NCBI GenBank assembly: GCA_964631565.1
Contig: CAZVYJ010000009.1
Coordinates: forward strand, 4,862-68,861
DNA: 64,000 nt
Source of the DNA: an uncultured Planctomycetaceae bacterium
GTDB taxonomy: Bacteria; Planctomycetota; Phycisphaerae; SM23-33
Direction: 5' to 3'
Below the pieces are notes generated by a model that was given only the letters and a program-made list of their open reading frames with translations, had not been told where the DNA came from and made no database searches. Shown here in pieces: positions 19,205-27,693 of the stretch (position 1 is its first letter; every line of letters begins with the position of its first letter). A program made the translations under genes and the position numbers.

Positions 19205-20891
19205 CAACCCGATCATACACAAGGAAGTCCTCTCGGCCTTGCGAACGCGAAAGGCGGTCGCGATGCAGGGATTGTTCTTCCTGATTACCGCGATGCTTAT
19301 CTGGCGGCACTGGCCGGCGGACGGCCTGCAGGACCTGGGAGGCCAGCAGGCGCTGCAGATTCTCAGCAGCCTGGCAATCGGCGAAATGGTGATGATCGCC
19401 CTCTTCGCGCCGGCATTCACCGCCACTTCGCTGACGCTGGAGAAGGAACGCAATACGTTCGAATCGCTTTTCGCCACGGCGATGAGGCCGTGGCAAATAG
19501 CCGTCGGCAAGATGATAGGCTCGCTCTGCTTCCTCTGCCTGCTGGTGGTAAGCGGCATACCGGCGATAGCGGCGGTGTTCCTGCTGGGCAACATAAGCGG
19601 CGGCACCGTCGTCGCTCTCGTGGCGATTCTGCTGCTGACGGCTGCCTATCTCGGGTTTATCGGCCTGCTGGTAGGCGCGTACATGCACCGCAGCTACAGG
19701 GCGATTGTCGTAACCTACGCGATTCTGCTGGTAGTGTGCGTCCTGTTCGCCCTGCCGGCGATGACGGGCCTTATCTCACGCGGCAGCGGCATATGGCAGA
19801 ACATTCTGCACACTCTGGCGTCGTTCAGCCCGATACAGGCCGTCGTGTCGCTCATCTGGCCGAGCGGAACAAGCAGCCTGTCTCAGGAAGCCGGCAACAT
19901 GCCCGCATACTGGAAGATGTACATCCCGCTGAGTCTGCTGACAATCTGCGTGACGGCGGTGATATGCCTCATAAAGCTTCACCGCCCCGTCGCCCCGCCG
20001 CGACCGAGAGAAAACGTAAAAGTCATCGAGCGGAACAAGTTTTCCGGCCGTTCGGTGCTGTACATGTGGTTCTTCGACCCGCGAAGGCGCCGCCGCAACA
20101 TCGGCCCGCTGCAGAACCCGGTGCTGATGAAGGAATTCCGCAGCCGACCGATGCTGCAGACTCGCTGGCTGATGCGGGCGATAGCAATCAGCCTCATCTG
20201 CTCGGTGCTGCTCATGTTCCTGGTGAACGTGAGCGTGATGACAATGTCGCAGGAATCGCAGACCGGCTCGGCGATACCGGGCATGATGGCGTCGGTCGCG
20301 GCCCTCATGACGATGCTGGTCATGCTGGTCGGCCCGGCGATGGCGAGCGGCGCGATATGCTCCGACCGCGAAACCGGCGTCTGGGACCTGATGCGGACGA
20401 CGCGGCTGTCAAGCTGGCGAATCGTCAGTGGAAAATTCCAGGCTTCCATCATTCCCATGCTGCTTCTGGTGCTGGCCACGACGCCCTCGCTGGTCGTACT
20501 GCTTTACTTCTCGCAGTCCATCTGGCCGAACATTTTGAGAATTCTATACGTGGTGGCCGTGACGATTTTGTTCGTCTCAACGGCCGGAACGTTCTTCTCA
20601 AGCGTGTTTTCGAAAACCTCCACCGCTACGGCATGGACCTACTCGCTGATAATCATCATCGCCATGGGATCGTTCGTGGTGCTCATGGACCCGGAAGGCT
20701 TCTCGCCGAGATTCGTGCGTGGAATTTTCCTGTTCAACCCGATAGCTGCGGCGCTGAGCGCGGCCGGTTATGCAGCCGTCGAAAAATACGGACTGGTGGT
20801 CGGCGACCATCTCGCCCTGATGGCTGCGGCGACCGCGATGATGTTCATCGCCACCGTCGTTCGTGTGGTGCAGCTGCGGAAGGCAACCTAG
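19197..20891 (+). CDS. ABC-2 family permease, tandem duplication fused into one ~12-TM protein
   Basis: Two homologous halves. Each has the loop motif after transmembrane helix 2 (LTLEKERNTFESL, and SDRETGVWDLMRTTRLSS) followed by about five more transmembrane helices. The ATG overlaps the ATPase stop. Confidence 0.75.
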   Translation: MISNPIIHKEVLSALRTRKAVAMQGLFFLITAMLIWRHWPADGLQDLGGQQALQILSSLAIGEMVMIALFAPAFTATSLTLEKERNTFESLFATAMRPWQIAVGKMIGSLCFLCLLVVSGIPAIAAVFLLGNISGGTVVALVAILLLTAAYLGFIGLLVGAYMHRSYRAIVVTYAILLVVCVLFALPAMTGLISRGSGIWQNILHTLASFSPIQAVVSLIWPSGTSSLSQEAGNMPAYWKMYIPLSLLTICVTAVICLIKLHRPVAPPRPRENVKVIERNKFSGRSVLYMWFFDPRRRRRNIGPLQNPVLMKEFRSRPMLQTRWLMRAIAISLICSVLLMFLVNVSVMTMSQESQTGSAIPGMMASVAALMTMLVMLVGPAMASGAICSDRETGVWDLMRTTRLSSWRIVSGKFQASIIPMLLLVLATTPSLVVLLYFSQSIWPNILRILYVVAVTILFVSTAGTFFSSVFSKTSTATAWTYSLIIIIAMGSFVVLMDPEGFSPRFVRGIFLFNPIAAALSAAGYAAVEKYGLVVGDHLALMAAATAMMFIATVVRVVQLRKAT

Positions 20892-20900
20892 GAGCGTGAT

Positions 20901-22688
20901 TTGAAGCTGCGAATCGTCATTTTGATTCTTACTGTCGCGAGTCTTGCCTCCGCGGGTGTCGCGGCTGAAAAAATATTGAAACCTTCACGAGGCGAAGGCC
21001 TGCTGGAGCGGGCGTATTTCGGCGATTCCGAAAGCGTCAGCCGGCTGGCCGTCCTGCTGGACGATGACGACCCGCTGGTCCGCGAAAAAGCCGTCCTCGA
21101 CCTCGGCGAAACACACAATCGCGAGGCCTTGCCGCACATTCTGCGGGCTATTAAGGATCCCGAGCCGACTGTACGAGCCGCTGCGGTCAAGGCGGCTGCC
21201 GAATCCGGCTTCGACGAGATGAATACGCATATCATCTCCGCACTCGGAGACGGAGACAGCGGCGTTGTTCTTGCGGCGATATCAACCGTGCGAGCCTTGA
21301 AGCTCGCCGACGCGAAAGACACCCTGCTCAAAACGTCTGTCACTAAAAACCGGACCGTTCAGCATCTCGCAATCAAAACGCTTACGGAACTCGGCTTAGC
21401 CCTCAGCGGCGACGAAATCAACAATCTGCTGCAGAGCGGCTGGCTGGGCGTTCGCCTGGCGGCGCTTGAAAATGCCCTGCTGCTGGACAGTCTGGCCGAC
21501 ACGACGGCGATAGCCGTCGCAGCCGACAGCGGTGAACCGGCTCAGCAGGCGGCGGCAATGGCGGTTCTGGGCAAATTCAACTATTCCGCAGCGGAAACAT
21601 ACATCGGCAAGGTCGAAAACAGCAGCAATCCGATTCTGCGTCGCGGTGCGGTGTGGGCGTATCAGTATGCCGGCAAGGCCGACTGCATCAGGAAATTCCT
21701 CGACGACGAATCGCCGCTGGTCCGCCTGGCGGCCATCAAGGCGGCCGGAATCACAAAAGCCGACGACTGCAACGACAGGCTGTTTGAACTGATGACATCG
21801 GCCCCGCACAAACTTTCGCACGACGCCTGCCTGGCGAGCCTGCTGGCCATCGCGAAACCCGAAACCGCCAAGCTCGCGGCGAAATGGCTGAAAGAAAACG
21901 CCGACAATATGGTGGCCGTCGACCAATGGGTCGCCCAGCAAAACAAAAAAATGGAAGCTCCGGTTTCCGAAATAATCGCAAAAAAGGAAGCACTTGCAGT
22001 GCTTCAGCGCAACGCGTCCTCGTGCTGCCGACTGCTGGCCTCGCTCAAAAGCACGCTGGCGGCCGACCAGCTGCGAGCGATGCTGGCCGGCGTTCAGATG
22101 GACTCGCCCGTCCTGGTCGCATTGGCGGAGTATTATTCGACGGTCACCGGCGAGGCCGACACCAAAGCCATGGCGAACCTGCTGGACCGCCTGAAAGCCC
22201 GCTGCGGGGAATATCTGGCGGCAATCATGGCCATGCAGCCGCCTCCGCCGTACAGCAGGGAAGTGACCGTCGCCGTCATAAAAACGCTTGGAAAACTCAA
22301 GTCGCCGGATATCGAACGGAGCCTCATCGGAATCATGGCTTTCCAGTTCGGCGCCACCCGGCAGGAAGCCGAATGCGCCGCCGCTATTCGCGCAGTCAGG
22401 CCGATTCTTTCTCCGGAAAACAGCAAGGCTGTCGAAGGAATACTGGCGGATATCGTCAATAACAGCCTGCTGCTCACGCTGCAGTACGAAGCTGCCATCA
22501 GCCTCGGCGAGATGAAAAGCACAGACTCCCTAGATGCCCTTCGCACGCTGCTGAATAAGAAGCGTCCGAACAAGACGGTAATGCAGGCCGCGGCGTGGGC
22601 GATACAGGAAATCTCGGGCGAAACGCCGGCCGTTCCAGACCCGGTCCGCCATGAAGGAAACTGGATCATCCGCGCGGCGAAGCGGTAG
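20901..22688 (+). CDS. Secreted HEAT-repeat (PBS-lyase-like) protein
   Basis: TTG 20901 with AGGAG 6 nt upstream. Signal peptide. Repeated units DPLVREKAVLDLGE / EPTVRAAAVKAAAE / SPLVRLAAIKAAG are typical HEAT_2 repeats. Confidence 0.65.
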   Translation: MKLRIVILILTVASLASAGVAAEKILKPSRGEGLLERAYFGDSESVSRLAVLLDDDDPLVREKAVLDLGETHNREALPHILRAIKDPEPTVRAAAVKAAAESGFDEMNTHIISALGDGDSGVVLAAISTVRALKLADAKDTLLKTSVTKNRTVQHLAIKTLTELGLALSGDEINNLLQSGWLGVRLAALENALLLDSLADTTAIAVAADSGEPAQQAAAMAVLGKFNYSAAETYIGKVENSSNPILRRGAVWAYQYAGKADCIRKFLDDESPLVRLAAIKAAGITKADDCNDRLFELMTSAPHKLSHDACLASLLAIAKPETAKLAAKWLKENADNMVAVDQWVAQQNKKMEAPVSEIIAKKEALAVLQRNASSCCRLLASLKSTLAADQLRAMLAGVQMDSPVLVALAEYYSTVTGEADTKAMANLLDRLKARCGEYLAAIMAMQPPPPYSREVTVAVIKTLGKLKSPDIERSLIGIMAFQFGATRQEAECAAAIRAVRPILSPENSKAVEGILADIVNNSLLLTLQYEAAISLGEMKSTDSLDALRTLLNKKRPNKTVMQAAAWAIQEISGETPAVPDPVRHEGNWIIRAAKR

Positions 22689-22723
22689 CTTCCTGCTGAA
22701 TAACTTTTCCGTCCGTCTCGCCG

Positions 22724-23260
22724 TTAACCCTTTATGAGTTTCGCGGCGTTTTTCTCGGCGCGGGCGTCGAGGATTTTCCCGAAGTAAATGCGGTGGAAAT
22801 CGCCGTCCACATAAGCGCCGCTGAGAATTTCGTCCGCCAGCTTCGCGGGGAGAACGTCGTTGCTGTGGATTACCTGGCACTCGTAGACAATCGGGCACTG
22901 GGCCACAGTCGGGGCTAGCACCGTCATGCCTCGCTCCGCGGTCAGGCCGCAGGCGGCGAATTTGTCCGTATCGCGTCCGCTGCTCGACCCGCATTTCGCG
23001 GAAACCATGCCCATGTCGCGCGTCGGCACGTTGACGGTGAAGCACCCGCCATGCTCGATGCACTGGTATGTGTGCCTGCTGGGACGCACGAGCACTATCC
23101 ACACAGGAATGCCCCATATCGAGCCTATCGAGCCCCAGCCTATCGTCATGACATTCGCCTTGCCGGTCGCATCATAGCTCCCAAGGAGCAGGCCCTGGCT
23201 GGTCATGATGTCCATGACGCCGCTGTAGTGGTCATAATAGTTAATCTTTGACTTTGCCAT
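22724..23260 (-). CDS. Flavin-reductase-like FMN-binding split-barrel protein
   Basis: NVMTIGWGSIGSIWGIPVWIVLVRPSRHTYQCIEHGGCFTVNVP matches the flavin reductase-like domain. Confidence 0.65.
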   Translation of the reverse strand: MAKSKINYYDHYSGVMDIMTSQGLLLGSYDATGKANVMTIGWGSIGSIWGIPVWIVLVRPSRHTYQCIEHGGCFTVNVPTRDMGMVSAKCGSSSGRDTDKFAACGLTAERGMTVLAPTVAQCPIVYECQVIHSNDVLPAKLADEILSGAYVDGDFHRIYFGKILDARAEKNAAKLIKG

Positions 23261-23308
23261 TTGAGTCTCCCTTCGCTGGCTTAAACCATTATAGGCGACT
23301 GGGCGGGA

Positions 23309-24886
23309 TTATTCGTAGGTTCTGCCGCTCTTGCCTTTGGCGAGATTTTCGCGGGCGCGTTTTATCAGCTTGTTGCCCCATTTGCTGGGATATCTGCCGG
23401 TAACGCAGCCGCGGCACAGCCTGCCGCCCGGAATGCCGATGCAGCCGGCAAGGTCCTTGACCGGAATGTACTTCAGGCTGTCAACGTCGAGGTGGCGGGC
23501 CATTCTAGCCAGCATTTCTTCGTCGGGCGTGCCGTCGTAATTTTCATCGATGAATTTCGGCGCGAACAGTTCGCCGAGCGTTGACATGTCGATGCCGTAG
23601 AAGCACGGCGCCACGATAGGCGGGCATGCGACGCGAACGTGGATTTCCTTCGCCCTGCCGCCGCTGCGCATCTTGTGAACCAGCGACTTCAGCGTCGTCG
23701 AGCGGACGATGGAGTCTTCTATCATGAACACCTTTTTGCCGGCACAGACGCCCGGCAGCGCGGTGTATTTGCTTTTTGCGCTTCGGCCGCGACTGGAATC
23801 CGGCTGGATGAACGTCCGCCCGACGTAGCGGTTGCGGATAAGGCCCTCGACGCACGGAATGCCCATGTTGTAGGCGAAGGAGTCCGCGGCGGCCTTGGCG
23901 GTGTCAGGCACGGGAACGACGATGCAGCTGTCGTCCATCTTCTGGTCTTCCATCTCGGCGAGTTTTTCGCCGGAGCGGGCGCGGGCCATGTACACGCTCG
24001 CATCGTCGTGCACGCTGGCGACGTTCGAGAAATACACCCATTCGAAGAAGCAGTGCGCCGGCCTGCGCGGAGCGGCGAACCGCTCGAATCGCAGTTTGCC
24101 CTTCTCGATAATCGCCATTTCGCCCGGCTCGATGGACTTTACGTCCTTGAAGCCCATGTTCGTCAGCGCCACCGATTCACTGGCGGCAGCGAACAGCCTG
24201 CCCTGCACGCCCCAGCACAGCGGCCTCAGACCAAGCGGGTCGCGGGCGACGAACATGCGCCCCATGGCGTCAAGGAACACAAGGTTGTACGCACCGTCGA
24301 ACTGCCTCGCCAGCGAGTTCATTACGCTCTTCAGGCCGGCCGGCTTGTCCCCGCGAAGGCAGTAGGACAGCATGTGCATTATTATTTCGGTATCGGTGTT
24401 AAGCGACAGGTGATAGCTGCCGCGGCTGAGGAGCTTCCTGCCCAGCTCGCTGTAATTGGCGAGGTTGCCGTTGAAGGCGAAGCTGAACCATTTCCACGTC
24501 CTGCCGTGATGCCGCTCGAAAGGCTGGGCGTATCTGGAATCGTCCTGCCCGCATGTGGCGTATCGCGTGTGGCCGATGGCGGCCGGCCCGGAGTATTCGT
24601 TGAGGATCGACTGGTACTTCTGAGGATGCGACATGCGGAACGCCTCCGCGACGGTTCCGATGTCTTTGTAGGTGTCCAGAAGCTGAGCGCGTCCGGGTTT
24701 GTAGCTGCTCATGCCGGCGGCAAGCTGCCCACGGTTCTGCAGGTCCAGCAGCATAGGCGGAACGAGGCCGACCACGTCGCCGCCGTTTTGGGATATCGCC
24801 TTGCTGACTGGTCCGCCGCTGCCGGCCGACTTGTCCAGCCAATACAGGGCCAGCACTCCGCATTCGTGATGCAATTCGTTGCTCAA
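23309..24886 (-). CDS. purF: Amidophosphoribosyltransferase
   Basis: The propeptide plus N-terminal nucleophile cysteine reads MSNELHHECGVLAL. The PRPP-binding region is VFMIEDSIVRSTT. TTG start with GGAGG 6 nt upstream. Confidence 0.9.
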   Translation of the reverse strand: MSNELHHECGVLALYWLDKSAGSGGPVSKAISQNGGDVVGLVPPMLLDLQNRGQLAAGMSSYKPGRAQLLDTYKDIGTVAEAFRMSHPQKYQSILNEYSGPAAIGHTRYATCGQDDSRYAQPFERHHGRTWKWFSFAFNGNLANYSELGRKLLSRGSYHLSLNTDTEIIMHMLSYCLRGDKPAGLKSVMNSLARQFDGAYNLVFLDAMGRMFVARDPLGLRPLCWGVQGRLFAAASESVALTNMGFKDVKSIEPGEMAIIEKGKLRFERFAAPRRPAHCFFEWVYFSNVASVHDDASVYMARARSGEKLAEMEDQKMDDSCIVVPVPDTAKAAADSFAYNMGIPCVEGLIRNRYVGRTFIQPDSSRGRSAKSKYTALPGVCAGKKVFMIEDSIVRSTTLKSLVHKMRSGGRAKEIHVRVACPPIVAPCFYGIDMSTLGELFAPKFIDENYDGTPDEEMLARMARHLDVDSLKYIPVKDLAGCIGIPGGRLCRGCVTGRYPSKWGNKLIKRARENLAKGKSGRTYE

Positions 24887-24899
24887 GCCACGCCTCCAG

Positions 24900-24945
24900 C
24901 CTTCCCTGGCCAGGGTTAAGCTGCCCCCAAGGGGCAGCTAGAGCA
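24900..24945 (-). promoter_or_regulatory. Two stable hairpins in the purF 5' leader, directly upstream of its RBS
   Basis: Perfect palindrome ccctggccaggg at 24904-24915. Hairpin agctgcccc-caa-ggggcagct at 24919-24939. A longer imperfect inverted repeat lies further upstream, around 24945-25040. Confidence 0.4.
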
Positions 24946-25270
24946 GGCGAACAGGAGAATAGTTGAGCAGGAGAAAGAGGAATTGGCCTGTTTTGCCAAT
25001 TATCGTTCGCCTGCTGTCTCCTGATCTCCTGTTCTACTGTTCAAATAACCTAAAGGTGACTTAGGGCGTTTCATTTCGACAACCGCCCTAAAAAAGAATG
25101 ATAACACAATCACCCCGCCCGGGAAAACACCGTCCGAGTAAAACCAGGCATAAGAAAAACTAATATTAACAGCGGTAATATGAACGGAGCCGCCCACACA
25201 CGCAGCGGAGGCTCCGTTGTCAAACCGGCAATGAACGCCGGCAGCAGGCTTGTTAAGTCTCTGCAAAAGC

Positions 25271-27538
25271 TTACTTTATACGATACACCTGGCTGCGGAG
25301 GCGGATTATCAGTTCCTCGCCTTCCTGCTGGCTGGCGAGAATCTGGTTTTCCTCGGTAGTATTGGCCTTGACCAGCTCGAAATACTTCTCGCTGTACCGC
25401 TCCACATCCTCGATTTTCTCTTTGTCCTTTTCCGGGTCTACGTCGGATGCGTTGGATGCTATCCACACCCTGCCCCGCTGATAGACGGCCTGATTGCCGA
25501 TATTCCGGACGCCGGAAACTTTCTCTTTCTCGTCTTTCTCGTAAGTATCCTTTCTGCCGTAGCCGATCTGCTCTGAATCCGTTACACCGGGAGCCGATGC
25601 GCCCTTTACCTGTGTTGCCTCGTTGAGTACGCTCCTGTTTTTCGCACCACGCTGGCCGGTCTCGCCCTCCACCTTTCTCAACTCACTGGTGCTTCTCCTG
25701 GCCCGCTCGCGGACTTCACCCGGCCTGGACAATGTCGTTCTCTCGTCGGCGAGGAAGCTGGTGTACGGCGTCATTATGCCGTAGGCCATGGAAAGGCGGA
25801 CAAGTTCGTCGATGACTTCCTTGTTCTCGCCGTGAAGCTGTATCTGGTCGAGCAGCCAGCCTACCCGCCGCATCGCCCAGAGTTTTTCGACGAACTTGTA
25901 CGGGTCGTATTCGCCGCCGCCGACTGCATTCCGAACGGTAACGGGATATTCAAATGCCTTCTGCTGGCCTTCGTATACGCCCTTGACCACCAGCGTGGCG
26001 GAAACATTGTCACGCGAATCCCCGCCGCCTTCCACGCTGTAGCGGCCGAGCAGCACTATCTGGTCGCCTTCGAAAATGTCGCCGATCTCGCGCGGGTACA
26101 CATCGGAGAGCTTCACGCCCGGCATTTCAACGGTGACGTTGGTCATGACGGGATTTTTAATCTTCGTGTAAAGTGACGAAACCTTGGTCTCGATGGGTTC
26201 GTTGGGCTTTACGTATTCGCTTCTGCCGCCGTTGTCGCCGACCATCTTGTCCAGCAGGCGGACGTTGACGTCGTAGCCCACGCCGAACGCGAACAGCCTT
26301 GCGCCGGCCTTGTTGGCGTCTTTCGTGTCGGCGATGATTTTATCTTCCTTGGTATGCGCCGGCGTCTTGCCAGCCGTCGGCAGACCATCGGTCAGGAAAA
26401 TTATGTACTTGGGCCTGCCGGTCGGTTTGTCGGCCTCACCGGCCCAGCTGCCCATGGCGACCTGAAGCGCCTCGTGTATGTCGGTCGAGCCGTTGGCCTC
26501 GATGCCGTCAAGCATCTTAAGGGCCTCTTTGACCTTGTCGCCGGCCGGGGCAAGCTCCTTGAAGAAAGGCGAAACTGTATCGCTGTAGACGATGATATTG
26601 AAGCGGTCTCCGCTGTTAAGGCCTCCCAGCACCTGGGCGGCCGCCTTGCGGGCCTGCTCGATCTTCTCGCCGCTCATCGAGCCGCTCTTGTCCAGCACGA
26701 TAACCACGTCCTTGGCGACGACGCCGGTCTGGGCCGTCCGCGGATTCGGAGTAGCGAGCACCATGAAATAGCCGTCTTCGCTGGTGGGCTTGCTGGTTAT
26801 CATCGTCGCGCCGATTGCCTCGTCACCCTCCCTGTAGAACACCTGAATGTCGCTGGTCGGCAGCGTGTTTTTCGCCGAGTAGACGGCCGTCACGTGGCCG
26901 GTGTCTTTCGGGTCGCGATTGACCGTCAGGTCGTGGGTCGGCGAGTAGACGGCGGAAACGTCGGTATTGGACTTGATGTCAACCGTCACCTGCACGTCTT
27001 CAATCGGCCGGGCGGAAAACTTCTCGGTGTTCAGCGGGTACCATACCTCGACCAGGCCGTTGTCTTTCTTGCAGACGTACTTGTAGTTGACGACGATTCT
27101 GGCCGGCGTGCCCGGCTCCAGCGGAAACGCCCTGGTCCGGTAAAGACCGAACCCGGCGTATTCCAGAAGCGCAGGGTCCTTCTTCTGGCGGACGATGTCT
27201 TCGTAGATTTTCCGGGCTTCGTCGGCCTTCATCAGCCTGGCGGAGTATTCCTTGTCGTTGACCAGCAGCGTCATTGAATCGATCGCCGCCCCCGGAGGCA
27301 CGGGGAAGAGATACTCCACCTCTATCATTCCCTTGCCGGTGTTGATGAATTCCTGGTCGATGCTCACCGAAGCGACCTGGTCGCGGACCTTGATGTTCAC
27401 GCGATGATATTTGACCGCCCACGAGCCGGTGACCCGAACCTCAGGATTGACCGGCACGATAAGGCCGTCGGCCGCAGCAATCGATGCGGCAAACCCCACA
27501 AGCAGAACAGCAGTTAAGAACCTTATTTTCCCCGTCAT
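25271..27538 (-). CDS. Secreted VIT-domain plus von Willebrand factor A-domain protein
   Basis: Signal peptide. The N-terminal region is VIT-like. The vWA MIDAS motif reads VVIVLDKSGSMSGEKI...NIIVYSDTV...FLTDGLPT. Confidence 0.8.
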   Translation of the reverse strand: MTGKIRFLTAVLLVGFAASIAAADGLIVPVNPEVRVTGSWAVKYHRVNIKVRDQVASVSIDQEFINTGKGMIEVEYLFPVPPGAAIDSMTLLVNDKEYSARLMKADEARKIYEDIVRQKKDPALLEYAGFGLYRTRAFPLEPGTPARIVVNYKYVCKKDNGLVEVWYPLNTEKFSARPIEDVQVTVDIKSNTDVSAVYSPTHDLTVNRDPKDTGHVTAVYSAKNTLPTSDIQVFYREGDEAIGATMITSKPTSEDGYFMVLATPNPRTAQTGVVAKDVVIVLDKSGSMSGEKIEQARKAAAQVLGGLNSGDRFNIIVYSDTVSPFFKELAPAGDKVKEALKMLDGIEANGSTDIHEALQVAMGSWAGEADKPTGRPKYIIFLTDGLPTAGKTPAHTKEDKIIADTKDANKAGARLFAFGVGYDVNVRLLDKMVGDNGGRSEYVKPNEPIETKVSSLYTKIKNPVMTNVTVEMPGVKLSDVYPREIGDIFEGDQIVLLGRYSVEGGGDSRDNVSATLVVKGVYEGQQKAFEYPVTVRNAVGGGEYDPYKFVEKLWAMRRVGWLLDQIQLHGENKEVIDELVRLSMAYGIMTPYTSFLADERTTLSRPGEVRERARRSTSELRKVEGETGQRGAKNRSVLNEATQVKGASAPGVTDSEQIGYGRKDTYEKDEKEKVSGVRNIGNQAVYQRGRVWIASNASDVDPEKDKEKIEDVERYSEKYFELVKANTTEENQILASQQEGEELIIRLRSQVYRIK

Positions 27539-27600
27539 GGCGATGTCTCCTGCATAAGACGTTTCCGTGTGTCAATGTCTTCTACAGAAGATTGGACGCG

Positions 27601-27683
27601 GAACCGCCCCCGCGGTTCACCGTTTTGGAAGAATAATATTTCAGATTGGAAATTTCGGATTTGAAATTTGAGATTTCAAATCC
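27601..27683. promoter_or_regulatory. Palindromes and GATTTGAAATTT-like direct repeats between the glyQS stop and the VIT-vWA gene start
   Basis: gaaccgc-cccc-gcggttc at 27601-27618. ggatttgaaat-ttgag-atttcaaatcc at 27657-27683. A further degenerate copy (GGAAATTTCG) lies just before it; I count three copies in total. Confidence 0.4.
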
Positions 27684-27693
27684 CGGATTTTAT

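Noticed and set aside
23639-24919. 426-aa plus-strand ORF antisense to purF
   Set aside because: purF on the minus strand has the N-terminal nucleophile Cys and a PRPP-binding loop. The plus-strand frame lacks any motif and is A/R/G-rich.
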